Shown here piece by piece: positions 31,049-41,383 of a stretch of 64,000 bases of DNA (its first letter is position 1; each line of letters opens with the position of its first letter). The notes under the pieces are model-generated. The model searched no databases. It saw nothing but the letters and a program-made list of their open reading frames with translations, and was not told the origin of the DNA. The position numbers and the translations under genes are program-made. This DNA comes from an uncultured Gammaproteobacteria bacterium. GTDB lineage: Bacteria > Patescibacteriota > Patescibacteriia > UBA9934. The stretch is from assembly GCA_964613815.1 (NCBI GenBank), contig CAZTKG010000003.1:125440-189439 (forward strand), in the 5' to 3' direction.

Positions 31049-31408
31049 CTACTCTTGCGGTTCAACGATGGTGAGTGATGTGATGTTGTGACGGGCCGGT
31101 GGGCCCTTATCCCATCTGACCATGATCTTGAAGAGACCTGGCGCGTCTGAGCAGAAGATGAACAGGACGATCCCTCTCTTTTTTCCGCCGGATGTCATGC
31201 GGACATGTTTTCCGATCCACTTCTCCTGCAAGGCGCGGAAGTCTGCGATCCTCTGCAAAAAATGTGTATTGTCTTGCGTTCCCCTGAGCGCATTTTCAAA
31301 CCAGTAGATCAGCCAAAGCGCCGTGATTCGCTTTGGAGGCAGGATGAGGCCATGCGTCTCGAAGAACGCTTTTTGATCCTCTGTTGGAGGATTTCTCTTT
31401 CTGGGCAT
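31049..31408 (-). CDS. hypothetical protein
   Basis: ORF only. Lies downstream of hicA. Confidence 0.3.
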   Translation of the reverse strand: MPRKRNPPTEDQKAFFETHGLILPPKRITALWLIYWFENALRGTQDNTHFLQRIADFRALQEKWIGKHVRMTSGGKKRGIVLFIFCSDAPGLFKIMVRWDKGPPARHNITSLTIVEPQE

Positions 31409-31458
31409 CTTCTCCTCATAAATGAGCTGATGTCAGCCTACCTCGTTGCCAGCCCTTG

Positions 31459-31698
31459 TCAATGGAGCGCATTCCAAATATCGTCTTCGGAAACTCCCCA
31501 GCTGCGCAGGATTTTGAATATCTTTTTGTTAATGATTTTGTGTAAGCTCTTTTGTATCGTGTACTTTTCTCCGGTTGTTGGATTCTTAACCAAAACATGG
31601 CTTCCCTTGCCATGTTTTGTTTCTACGATGAGATTGAGCTTTTTACAGGCTCGAATCCATTGTTTTTGGGTAATGTCAGCAAGACTTCTGCTAGACAT
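31459..31698 (-). CDS. hicA: HicA-family mRNA interferase toxin
   Basis: KHGKGSHVLVKNP...YTIQ...INKKIFKILRSWGV matches the HicA/YcfA signature (GSH...P...K). Confidence 0.8.
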   Translation of the reverse strand: MSSRSLADITQKQWIRACKKLNLIVETKHGKGSHVLVKNPTTGEKYTIQKSLHKIINKKIFKILRSWGVSEDDIWNALH

Positions 31699-31966
31699 AT
31701 GCCCGCTCTTTGATCTTTACTGTCTTGCCAGCTCTCTCGAGCATCGCATGATTGCAAAGATGTGCGGGAATTTCGAAGTAGGTGAAAATCGCGTCCTGAA
31801 TGGCGGCGTCAATGTCCGATGGAAAGCTTGATCCTCCAGTGAGGATACCTTTTATGTTTGTGGACTCTGCGGCCCATTCGCCTGTCGGCTCGTTTTCGAA
31901 GTGAAAAGAGATCCCGCCCAGGCGACTTATGGTTGATCTCATTTTTTGCAGGCGAATGTCTTGCAT
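31691..31966 (-). CDS. hicB: HicB-family antitoxin
   Basis: FENEPTGEWAAESTNIKGILTGGSSFPSDIDAAIQDAIFTY RNase-H-like HicB N-domain. Overlaps hicA by 8 nt. The start was placed at the internal MQDIR. Confidence 0.65.
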   Translation of the reverse strand: MQDIRLQKMRSTISRLGGISFHFENEPTGEWAAESTNIKGILTGGSSFPSDIDAAIQDAIFTYFEIPAHLCNHAMLERAGKTVKIKERAYV

Positions 31967-32292
31967 TACTTCTTCTTTTTGGATTTTGATGCGATCTTTC
32001 TTTTCTTTTTTGCTGGTGCAAGGATTTTGTCCGTCTCTTTTTTGACTCCCTCTGCCGCCTTTTTGATGTGGCCGGTCATCTTTTGGATGTGGGTTGCGCC
32101 GTGTTCTACTTTTGAGCGGACGCCGTGGAGGGCTTGCTCGACGCGGTCCATGCTGTAGCGGACGTCTGACAGGAGCGTGCTGATGGTGCGGATGGCTTTG
32201 GTGACGTGGTAGACGAACCAGCAGATGAATGCGGTTACCCAAAGTACGCAGAATGCGATGACGATATAGAGCAAATCTTGAGCCTCAAACAT
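31966..32292 (-). CDS. small single-TM protein with Lys-rich C-terminal tail (DUF948/YtxH-like), first gene of the hicBA operon
   Basis: GGAGGAAG RBS, a TM helix and a coiled coil. Its TAA stop overlaps the hicB ATG (TAATG). Confidence 0.45.
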   Translation of the reverse strand: MFEAQDLLYIVIAFCVLWVTAFICWFVYHVTKAIRTISTLLSDVRYSMDRVEQALHGVRSKVEHGATHIQKMTGHIKKAAEGVKKETDKILAPAKKKRKIASKSKKKK

Positions 32293-32340
32293 ACTTCCTC
32301 CGTTCGGCGTCCATATCCTTCGCATTTTCGGCTTACGCAT

Positions 32341-32397
32341 TCATTTTTTCGACACCGTACGATTTAGTACGCCTTACGAAAAAATGAATTCGTGCAC
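32341..32397. promoter_or_regulatory. palindromic operator candidate (TCATTTTTTCG-N35-CGAAAAAATGA) upstream of the three-gene hicBA operon
   Basis: 11-bp perfect inverted repeat about 35 nt upstream of the operon's first start, lying between the pheT stop and the operon. Confidence 0.4.
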
Positions 32398-32443
32398 CGA
32401 AACTGCTTTGAATATGAACCCCTCAGTTAATGTAATTTATTGT

Positions 32444-34837
<2,394 letters not shown>

Positions 34838-34864
34838 ATGTGATGACTTTACTTCTGATCTAGC

Positions 34865-35932
34865 CTAAAACTGCTTCAAGAATCTAAAGTCGTTCTTGTA
34901 GAGAATTCTGATGTCGTCGATATTGAGACCTGCTCGCATCATGTTTGTGCGCTCCACTCCCCAACCGAAGGCGAATCCTGTGTATTCGTCTGGGTCGATG
35001 CCGCCAGCTTCGAGTGTTCGTGGGTGGACCATTCCTGCTCCACCGAGTTCGTGCCACCCTTCTTTGCAAACACGGCAACGTTTTCCATCCTTCTCCCCTA
35101 CCCCTTTGCAGATTGGGCACGTGATGTCGATTTCGAATGCTGGTTCCACGAAACGGAAGTGAAATGGGCGGAGGCGGATTTCTCGGTCGTGGCCGAAGTA
35201 GTTTTTGACGAAAAAGTCGATGACGCCTTTGAGGTGACTGACGGATATGTTCTTGTCGATCATGAGGCCCTCGAACTGGTGGAACATTGGGCAATGTGTT
35301 GCATCTGATTGGCGGCGGTACGTCTTGTTGATGTTGATCATGCGGATTGGGAGGTCGCGTTGTTCCATTTCGCGGACCTGGCCGTTTGAGGTGTGCGGAG
35401 TGAGGACAACCTTTCCCTTTTTGCCCTTCCAGGTTTTTGATTGATCTGTAGGGCCTGCCATGAAGAATGTCTCCCATTCGTCTCGCGCTGGGTGGTCTTT
35501 TGGCATGTTTAGGGATTCGAAGGCGTACCAGTCCCAATCAATCTCTGGGTGACGGGCGCGGACGAAGCCTAGGCGCTTGAAGATATCTGCTACTTCTTCG
35601 ATGGCCTGTGAGACGAGGTGGATACTTCCCTGGTCTGATCGTGCTCCAGGAATGGTCATGTCTACGCGTTCTGATTCTATTTTGGCGTCTTTTTCCGTGT
35701 GCTTGATGCGGTGCTCAGCCTCTTCGAATTCTTGCTGGATCTGGGCCTTTAGGGCGTTAAGCGCCTTTCCTTGCGCGGCTCGCGCTTCTGAGTCTAAGCT
35801 TGATAGCTCCTTCATGGCGGCGGCGAGTCGACCCTTTCTGCCGATGAATTCGATTCGGATGTTTTCGATGTCTTCTGCTGATTCTGCTTTGATGATTGCC
35901 GCGTGGAAGTCTTCTAGTAGGTTTTGGCTCAT
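34865..35932 (-). CDS. pheS: phenylalanine--tRNA ligase alpha subunit
   Basis: Class II motifs, with GAGMVHP...FAFGWGVER matching E. coli PheS. Contains an extra CPICKG...CRVCKEG zinc-ribbon insertion. Confidence 0.95.
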   Translation of the reverse strand: MSQNLLEDFHAAIIKAESAEDIENIRIEFIGRKGRLAAAMKELSSLDSEARAAQGKALNALKAQIQQEFEEAEHRIKHTEKDAKIESERVDMTIPGARSDQGSIHLVSQAIEEVADIFKRLGFVRARHPEIDWDWYAFESLNMPKDHPARDEWETFFMAGPTDQSKTWKGKKGKVVLTPHTSNGQVREMEQRDLPIRMININKTYRRQSDATHCPMFHQFEGLMIDKNISVSHLKGVIDFFVKNYFGHDREIRLRPFHFRFVEPAFEIDITCPICKGVGEKDGKRCRVCKEGWHELGGAGMVHPRTLEAGGIDPDEYTGFAFGWGVERTNMMRAGLNIDDIRILYKNDFRFLKQF

Positions 35933-37011
35933 ATTAACTTGATGATGTCGCGGTATGTGACGAGAATTATGAGGAGGATGAGAATGAGGAATCCTGAATT
36001 GTGTACAACGGCCTCAAGTTTCTGGCTGACCGGCTTGCGACGGACAGCCTCAATAAACACGAAAAGCATCCTTCCTCCATCGAGGGCTGGGAATGGGAGA
36101 ATGTTGATGATGGCGAGGTTTATGCTGAGAATGGCAGCGAACTGTAATAGATAGACAAATCCCATGGCGGCAACTTCTCCTGTCATGACGGCGATGCCGA
36201 CTGGGCCGGCGAGATCTTGACTGACGCCGGCGCCGGTGATGAGGTTTTTTGCGAGATCGTATAAGGCTACCGTGATAGCTACCGTGTATTCGCCTGTGAG
36301 AATCACTCCCTCGACTGGAGCCTTGTACCACGGATACTGCACGGTTCCTGTTTGGAGGATGGCGAGACCGAAGCCTGGGCGGTCGATTTGTTCAATGTAG
36401 GCGGGGGTTGCTTCGAGCGTGATCGGTTCGTTGTTTCTGATGAGGTCGAAGGTTGTGAGCGTGTCTGCTGGGGCTGCTTCTAGGAGATTCCAGGCCTGTT
36501 CTGATGAGATGACCTCCTGTGTATTGATCGCGATGACTTCGTCTCCTGCTTCTAGGCCTGCGATTGCTGCCGGTGATGACTCTAGGACCTGTGTGATGGA
36601 GATTTTTTCGTCGGTGATCGTTGCAGAGGTGTCGGTCCATCCTTCTGTGACCGATGGCATGCCGATCATGAAGGCGACTGAGTAGAGGACGGCGGCGAGG
36701 ACGAGGTTCATGAAGACGCCGGCGGCGAGGACGATGGTTCGGGAAAGGATTGATTTTGAGACGAAGGCGTCTGGGTCGTTTGATTTTTCGCCTGTTTCAC
36801 CTTTGATACGAACAAAGCCTCCGATTGGGATGAGGTTTATGGACCATTCCATGCCGTCTTTTCCTTTCCAGGAATAGATTTTTGGCGGGAATCCGATGCC
36901 GAATTCTTCCACCTTCATGCCCGCTTTTTTGGCGGTGATGTAGTGACCCCATTCATGAACGAGAACGAGAGCGGAGAGGACGACAAAAAATAGGATGATC
37001 GTTGCAATCAT
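35929..37011 (-). CDS. rseP: RIP metalloprotease RseP (site-2 protease, M50)
   Basis: HEWGHY zinc motif in TM1 and a PDZ domain. Confidence 0.85.
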   Translation of the reverse strand: MIATIILFFVVLSALVLVHEWGHYITAKKAGMKVEEFGIGFPPKIYSWKGKDGMEWSINLIPIGGFVRIKGETGEKSNDPDAFVSKSILSRTIVLAAGVFMNLVLAAVLYSVAFMIGMPSVTEGWTDTSATITDEKISITQVLESSPAAIAGLEAGDEVIAINTQEVISSEQAWNLLEAAPADTLTTFDLIRNNEPITLEATPAYIEQIDRPGFGLAILQTGTVQYPWYKAPVEGVILTGEYTVAITVALYDLAKNLITGAGVSQDLAGPVGIAVMTGEVAAMGFVYLLQFAAILSINLAIINILPFPALDGGRMLFVFIEAVRRKPVSQKLEAVVHNSGFLILILLIILVTYRDIIKLI

Positions 37012-37039
37012 AATGCTCGTATTTTAGCACTTTTTTTGG

Positions 37040-37190
37040 GATTGTCGAGGGTGTATTGTCCTATTTCCCATCCTGAGTCGAGGGATAAATACCCTCGACG
37101 GAAGGATCTCGTTATGCAGTTGTGCCGCGCGGCATGGGATCCTTCCGTTGGTCGGCTGGCGCTCTCCCTCCTCAGGATGGGAGAGAAAAC
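37040..37190. repeat. structured intergenic region with nested inverted repeats
   Basis: Arm pairs cccatcctgag/ctcaggatggg, gtcgaggg-ataaata-ccctcgac and ggaaggatc/gggatccttcc, plus a gccgcgcggc palindrome. Lies between murD and rseP. Confidence 0.5.
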
Positions 37191-37195
37191 GGTCT

Positions 37196-38467
37196 TTATT
37201 TTGCGTGTTCTCGTGCCCATTTTCCGAAGAGGTCTCCTCGGTTTTTGTAGTTTTCGAATTGGTCAAAGCTTGGCGCTGCTGGTGATAGGAGCAGCGATGT
37301 GCCTTGAGCAAGATTTTTATAGGCGTCTTTAATCGCGTCTTCTACGGTGGGCACAGGAGTTGTTCGGCCTCCTGCTTTTTTGATGAGATCGTCGATTTTT
37401 TTGCCGCCTGGGAGGGTGTAGATGATGGCGGAATCTGCTATTGAGGCGGCTAGATTTGCGAGATCTTTGTAGTCATATCCTTCGTCTTGGCCGCCTAGAA
37501 TGACGCCGCCGAGGTCGTTGCCGATTGCTTTGATGCCGGCGATTCCAGCTCCTGGGAGGGTTGATATGGAGTCGTTTATAAAGGTGATGCCTTTGTAGGT
37601 TCCGATGTTTTGGAGACGGTGCGGGAGGCCTTTGAAGGACTCCATTTCGCGTATCATTGCGGACCGATCTAGCTTGAGTCTTCCTGCCATTTTGATGATT
37701 GCGCAGGCGTTTCTGGCGAAGTGCGTGCCTGGGAGGTTTAGGTGGTTTTTGATTTCTTCTGTTTGGTCTGGGAATCGGAGAGCGGTGGCTTTGGTGTGTT
37801 TTGAAAGAGATTTGAGGTCGCTGAAATCTGGATTATAAATGAAGAGATCGTCCTCGGTTTGGGTGAGGGTGATGCGGGACTTTGCGGCGAGGTAGCCGTC
37901 GTAGCCATTGTGATGTTTGAGGTGGGCATCTGGGAAGATGTTGATGATGGTGGCGATGTCTGGGGCCGTGGTGATGTCTTCTAGCTGGTAGCTTGAAAGT
38001 TCGAATACAAAAATTGTTCCTTTGGGGGCGTGGATGTGGGAGATCGCTGGGTCGCCGATGTTTCCGATGAGGCGGGAGTCCTTACCGAGTCTTCCTAGGA
38101 CGTGGTGGAGGAGTGAGGCTGTGGTGGACTTTCCTTTGGAGCCGGTGATGCCGATGATGGCGCCCTTCCCTTTTTGTTCGGCGAGGAAGAGGTTCGTACC
38201 GGAGGTGATGTGAGCGCCTTTTTCTTTTAGTTTTGTGAGGGTTGGGTTGTTGAGGGGGATGCCTGGGGAGCGGAGGACGACTGTGTCAGGACCTGCTTTT
38301 TTGATGGCTTCTGCTGATGTCAGCGTTACCTCGGGGATGTCGGCGTCGTCGATGATGTCGATGTTTTCGATGAAGTCCTGGGCGCTTAGGACCTCGAATG
38401 CTGCTCGGCCTTCTGCGCCGTAGCCGTAGATGATGATGTGTTTGTGTTCGAGGTCTTTTAGGGTCAT
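37196..38467 (-). CDS. murD: UDP-N-acetylmuramoylalanine--D-glutamate ligase
   Basis: IGITGSKGKSTT P-loop of Mur ligases and a MurD-like N-terminal Rossmann fold. Confidence 0.9.
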   Translation of the reverse strand: MTLKDLEHKHIIIYGYGAEGRAAFEVLSAQDFIENIDIIDDADIPEVTLTSAEAIKKAGPDTVVLRSPGIPLNNPTLTKLKEKGAHITSGTNLFLAEQKGKGAIIGITGSKGKSTTASLLHHVLGRLGKDSRLIGNIGDPAISHIHAPKGTIFVFELSSYQLEDITTAPDIATIINIFPDAHLKHHNGYDGYLAAKSRITLTQTEDDLFIYNPDFSDLKSLSKHTKATALRFPDQTEEIKNHLNLPGTHFARNACAIIKMAGRLKLDRSAMIREMESFKGLPHRLQNIGTYKGITFINDSISTLPGAGIAGIKAIGNDLGGVILGGQDEGYDYKDLANLAASIADSAIIYTLPGGKKIDDLIKKAGGRTTPVPTVEDAIKDAYKNLAQGTSLLLSPAAPSFDQFENYKNRGDLFGKWAREHAK

Positions 38468-38468
38468 A

Positions 38469-39842
38469 TTAAGCCTTTGATTTGATGAAGTCAGTGATTT
38501 CTTTGGTTTTTTCTTCCATCATTTCTGATGAGACCGCCTCTAAATTCAGGCGTAGAAGTGGCTGCGTGTTGGAGGCTCGGACGTTGAACCAAAAGTCTTG
38601 GTAGTTGACGGAGAGACCGTCTAGTTCGATGATTTCGCCGTCGCTGTACTTTTCTTTTAGGGCTGAAATGACATCTGGTGGAGATGTGACTTTGAAGTTT
38701 TGCTCTCCGGAATGGGCGTAGCGGCCTCGGAATGGGGCGACGATTTGTGACAAGGACTTCCCTGTCTCGGTCATCTCGGCGAGGATTTGGGCGATGACGG
38801 TGACCGGGGCTTCGAATGAGCCCTGTGGGAGCGTGTAGTACATGTGGCCGGATGATTCTCCTGCGAAGATTGAATCTCGCTTGATCATGGCTTGTTTGAT
38901 GAAGGAGTGCCCTACCCTTGTTGCAAATGGGATGCCGCCGGACTCTTTGATCATGTCTTCCGTTATTTTTCCTGGGCGGATGTCGTAGCCGATTGGGGCG
39001 CCTGGGTGGGTTCGGAGGATGATTTGGCCGATAAGTCCTCGGAGGATTTCTGGCTCGATCGCGTCTCCGTTTTCGTCGAATAGGAAAATGCGGTCGCCGT
39101 CGCCGTCTGTGGCGATGCCGATGTCGGCGTTTGAGGACTTAATGGCGGCGCGGAGGTCTTCGGTGTTTTCTGGCTTAAATGGGTCAGCTTCGTGGTTTGG
39201 GAAGGTGCCGTCTAGGTCCCAGTACATTCTGTTTAGTTCGCCGGGGATGAGGTTGAAGCATTCATCGATGTAGGGGGCGCCCATGCCGTTTGCGGTGTCG
39301 GCGATGATGTTGAAAGACTTGATCTTGGGATTTCCAGCGAAATCTATTTGGGCTTTTGCGGCGAGCGCCTCGATACCGGTGATTTCTTTTATTGATCCTG
39401 CTGATTCTGATGCTTTGTAGGCTTCGGATTCGATGAGATCTGCCAGATCTTTAATACCGTCGTCTCCGCTGATTGGGATTGCGCGGTTTCTGACCATTTT
39501 GCAGCCGTTGTATTCCGCTGGATTGTGGGAGGCGGAGATGATAGCGCCGCCATCGGCGTTTAGATGGTCGATGGAGAAATAGAAGGCCGGCGTAGATACG
39601 AGGCCGATGTTGTAGACCTTTGAACCTAGCGATGTCGCACCTTTAATGAAAGCTTCTTGGTATGCGACTGATGTCTCTCGCATGTCTCGGCCTATGGCGA
39701 TTGATAGCTGCTTGCCGTCCAGTTCTTTTGATCTGAATGTGGCGTAGGCTTTTCCGAGGTGGAAAAATAGATCTTCTGATAAATCTGAGCCCACGAGCCC
39801 TCTAATGTCGTACGCTCGGAAAATTCCTCTGTTTATTTGCAT
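38469..39842 (-). CDS. alpha-D-phosphohexomutase (phosphoglucomutase/phosphomannomutase or GlmM)
   Basis: Active-site SASHNPAEYNG and a sugar-binding GDGDR motif. Confidence 0.85.
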   Translation of the reverse strand: MQINRGIFRAYDIRGLVGSDLSEDLFFHLGKAYATFRSKELDGKQLSIAIGRDMRETSVAYQEAFIKGATSLGSKVYNIGLVSTPAFYFSIDHLNADGGAIISASHNPAEYNGCKMVRNRAIPISGDDGIKDLADLIESEAYKASESAGSIKEITGIEALAAKAQIDFAGNPKIKSFNIIADTANGMGAPYIDECFNLIPGELNRMYWDLDGTFPNHEADPFKPENTEDLRAAIKSSNADIGIATDGDGDRIFLFDENGDAIEPEILRGLIGQIILRTHPGAPIGYDIRPGKITEDMIKESGGIPFATRVGHSFIKQAMIKRDSIFAGESSGHMYYTLPQGSFEAPVTVIAQILAEMTETGKSLSQIVAPFRGRYAHSGEQNFKVTSPPDVISALKEKYSDGEIIELDGLSVNYQDFWFNVRASNTQPLLRLNLEAVSSEMMEEKTKEITDFIKSKA

Positions 39843-39846
39843 AAAA

Positions 39847-39876
39847 TGGTTGACGTAGTAGGTAAAAACAGCGTAA
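39847..39876 (+). promoter_or_regulatory. candidate promoter for lemA-htpX-clpC
   Basis: TTGACG-N18-TAATAT. Confidence 0.3.
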
Positions 39877-39912
39877 TATTTTAGTGATCATTAGTGTATC
39901 TTTAAGCACTTA

Positions 39913-40479
39913 ATGCAGCAAACTTTTATGCCAATTTTGATTATTGTCTTGGTAGCCCTTGCTTTGATTGCCCTGTGGCTTATCGCGGTCTACAACGGAG
40001 TGATTAAGCTTCGAAACCGCGTGGATGAAGCCTGGAGCGACATCGAGGTTCAGATGAAGCGTCGATACGACCTTATTCCGAATCTTGTGAGTTCAGTGAA
40101 GGGATATGCGAAGCATGAGGATAGTGTGTTTACGAAAGTTACAGAGGCCCGAGCGAGTGCCATGGGGGCAAAGACTCCTGGCGAGCATGCTGCTGCGGAG
40201 AATATGCTTTCTGAGACGTTGAAGAGCCTTTTTGCGGTGAGTGAGGCGTATCCTGAGTTGAAGGCGAGTGATAATTTTATTCACCTTCAGAAGGAGCTTG
40301 TGGATGCTGAGGATAAGATTCAGGCGGCTCGACGGTTTTACAATGGAAATGTTCGTGACTTCAATACGAAGATTCAGGTCTTCCCGAACAATGTTGTGGC
40401 TGGAATGCTCGGATTTAAGAAGTATGACTTCTTTGATGCGCCAGACGAAGTCGAAAAAGCTCCAACGGTTAAGTTTTAG
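39913..40479 (+). CDS. lemA: LemA family protein
   Basis: N-terminal TM helix and a YNGVIKLRNRVDEAWSDIEVQMKRRYDLIPNLV LemA signature. Confidence 0.85.
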   Translation: MQQTFMPILIIVLVALALIALWLIAVYNGVIKLRNRVDEAWSDIEVQMKRRYDLIPNLVSSVKGYAKHEDSVFTKVTEARASAMGAKTPGEHAAAENMLSETLKSLFAVSEAYPELKASDNFIHLQKELVDAEDKIQAARRFYNGNVRDFNTKIQVFPNNVVAGMLGFKKYDFFDAPDEVEKAPTVKF

Positions 40480-40484
40480 TCTCA

Positions 40485-41381
40485 ATGTATAAACAGATTG
40501 ATTCTAATAAAAGAAAGACGTGGCTGCTGATGTTTGGGATGTCAGCGGTCATTGTTTTGCTTTTTTATGTTTTTAGCCTGTACGTTGGCACTGATCCGAT
40601 TGCGACGATGGTTGTTGGAGCGGTGTTTTCGATTGTGTACTCGCTGATTAGTTTTTATGCGAGTGACAGGGTGGCGCTCATGAGTTCTGGCGCGAAGCAG
40701 ATTCGGAAGCAGGATTCGCCGGAGCTTTGGAATATGGTCGAAAATCTTTCGATTACTGCCGGGATTCCGATGCCGAAGGTATATGTGATTAATGATGAGG
40801 CGCCGAATGCGTTTGCGACTGGGAGGGATCCGAAGCATGCGAGCGTCGCGTTTACGACCGGGATTTTGAAGTTGATGAATCGACAGGAACTTGAAGGGGT
40901 TACAGCGCATGAACTTAGTCATATCAAGAATTACGACATCCGCGTTATGACGGTGACGGTCGTACTCGTGGGATTGATCGTGCTGATTGCAGACATTTTC
41001 TTGAGAATTGGACTGTTTAGGAATGGGGATCGACGTGGCGGCGGACAGGCTGCTGCGGTTTTGATCGTGGTTGGGATCGTGCTTGCTATTATCTCTCCAC
41101 TGATCGCGCAGGTGATTAAATTAGCCATTTCGAGAACGCGAGAATATCTCGCTGACTCTTCTGGAGCGCTTTTGACACGTTATCCTGAAGGACTTGCAAG
41201 TGCACTTGAGAAGCTTGGCCAATACAGCGGCAAGCTGAAGAAGGCGAACCATGCGACAGCGCATCTCTTTATCAGTAATCCGTTTGGCGAGAAGCGTGGT
41301 CAAAAGGTGGGATTTTTTGAGCGATTATTTCGTACGCATCCGCCTATTTCTGAGCGGATTGCTAAACTTCGAGCGATGTAG
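40485..41381 (+). CDS. htpX: M48-family zinc metalloprotease HtpX
   Basis: HELSH zinc motif and 4 TM helices. Paired with lemA. Confidence 0.85.
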   Translation: MYKQIDSNKRKTWLLMFGMSAVIVLLFYVFSLYVGTDPIATMVVGAVFSIVYSLISFYASDRVALMSSGAKQIRKQDSPELWNMVENLSITAGIPMPKVYVINDEAPNAFATGRDPKHASVAFTTGILKLMNRQELEGVTAHELSHIKNYDIRVMTVTVVLVGLIVLIADIFLRIGLFRNGDRRGGGQAAAVLIVVGIVLAIISPLIAQVIKLAISRTREYLADSSGALLTRYPEGLASALEKLGQYSGKLKKANHATAHLFISNPFGEKRGQKVGFFERLFRTHPPISERIAKLRAM

Positions 41382-41383
41382 CT

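Noticed and set aside
38469-39842. Specific glmM assignment for the phosphohexomutase next to murD
   Set aside because: The active-site loop SASHNPAEYNG is closer to the PGM/PMM type than the GlmM TASHNP type, so the call is left at family level.
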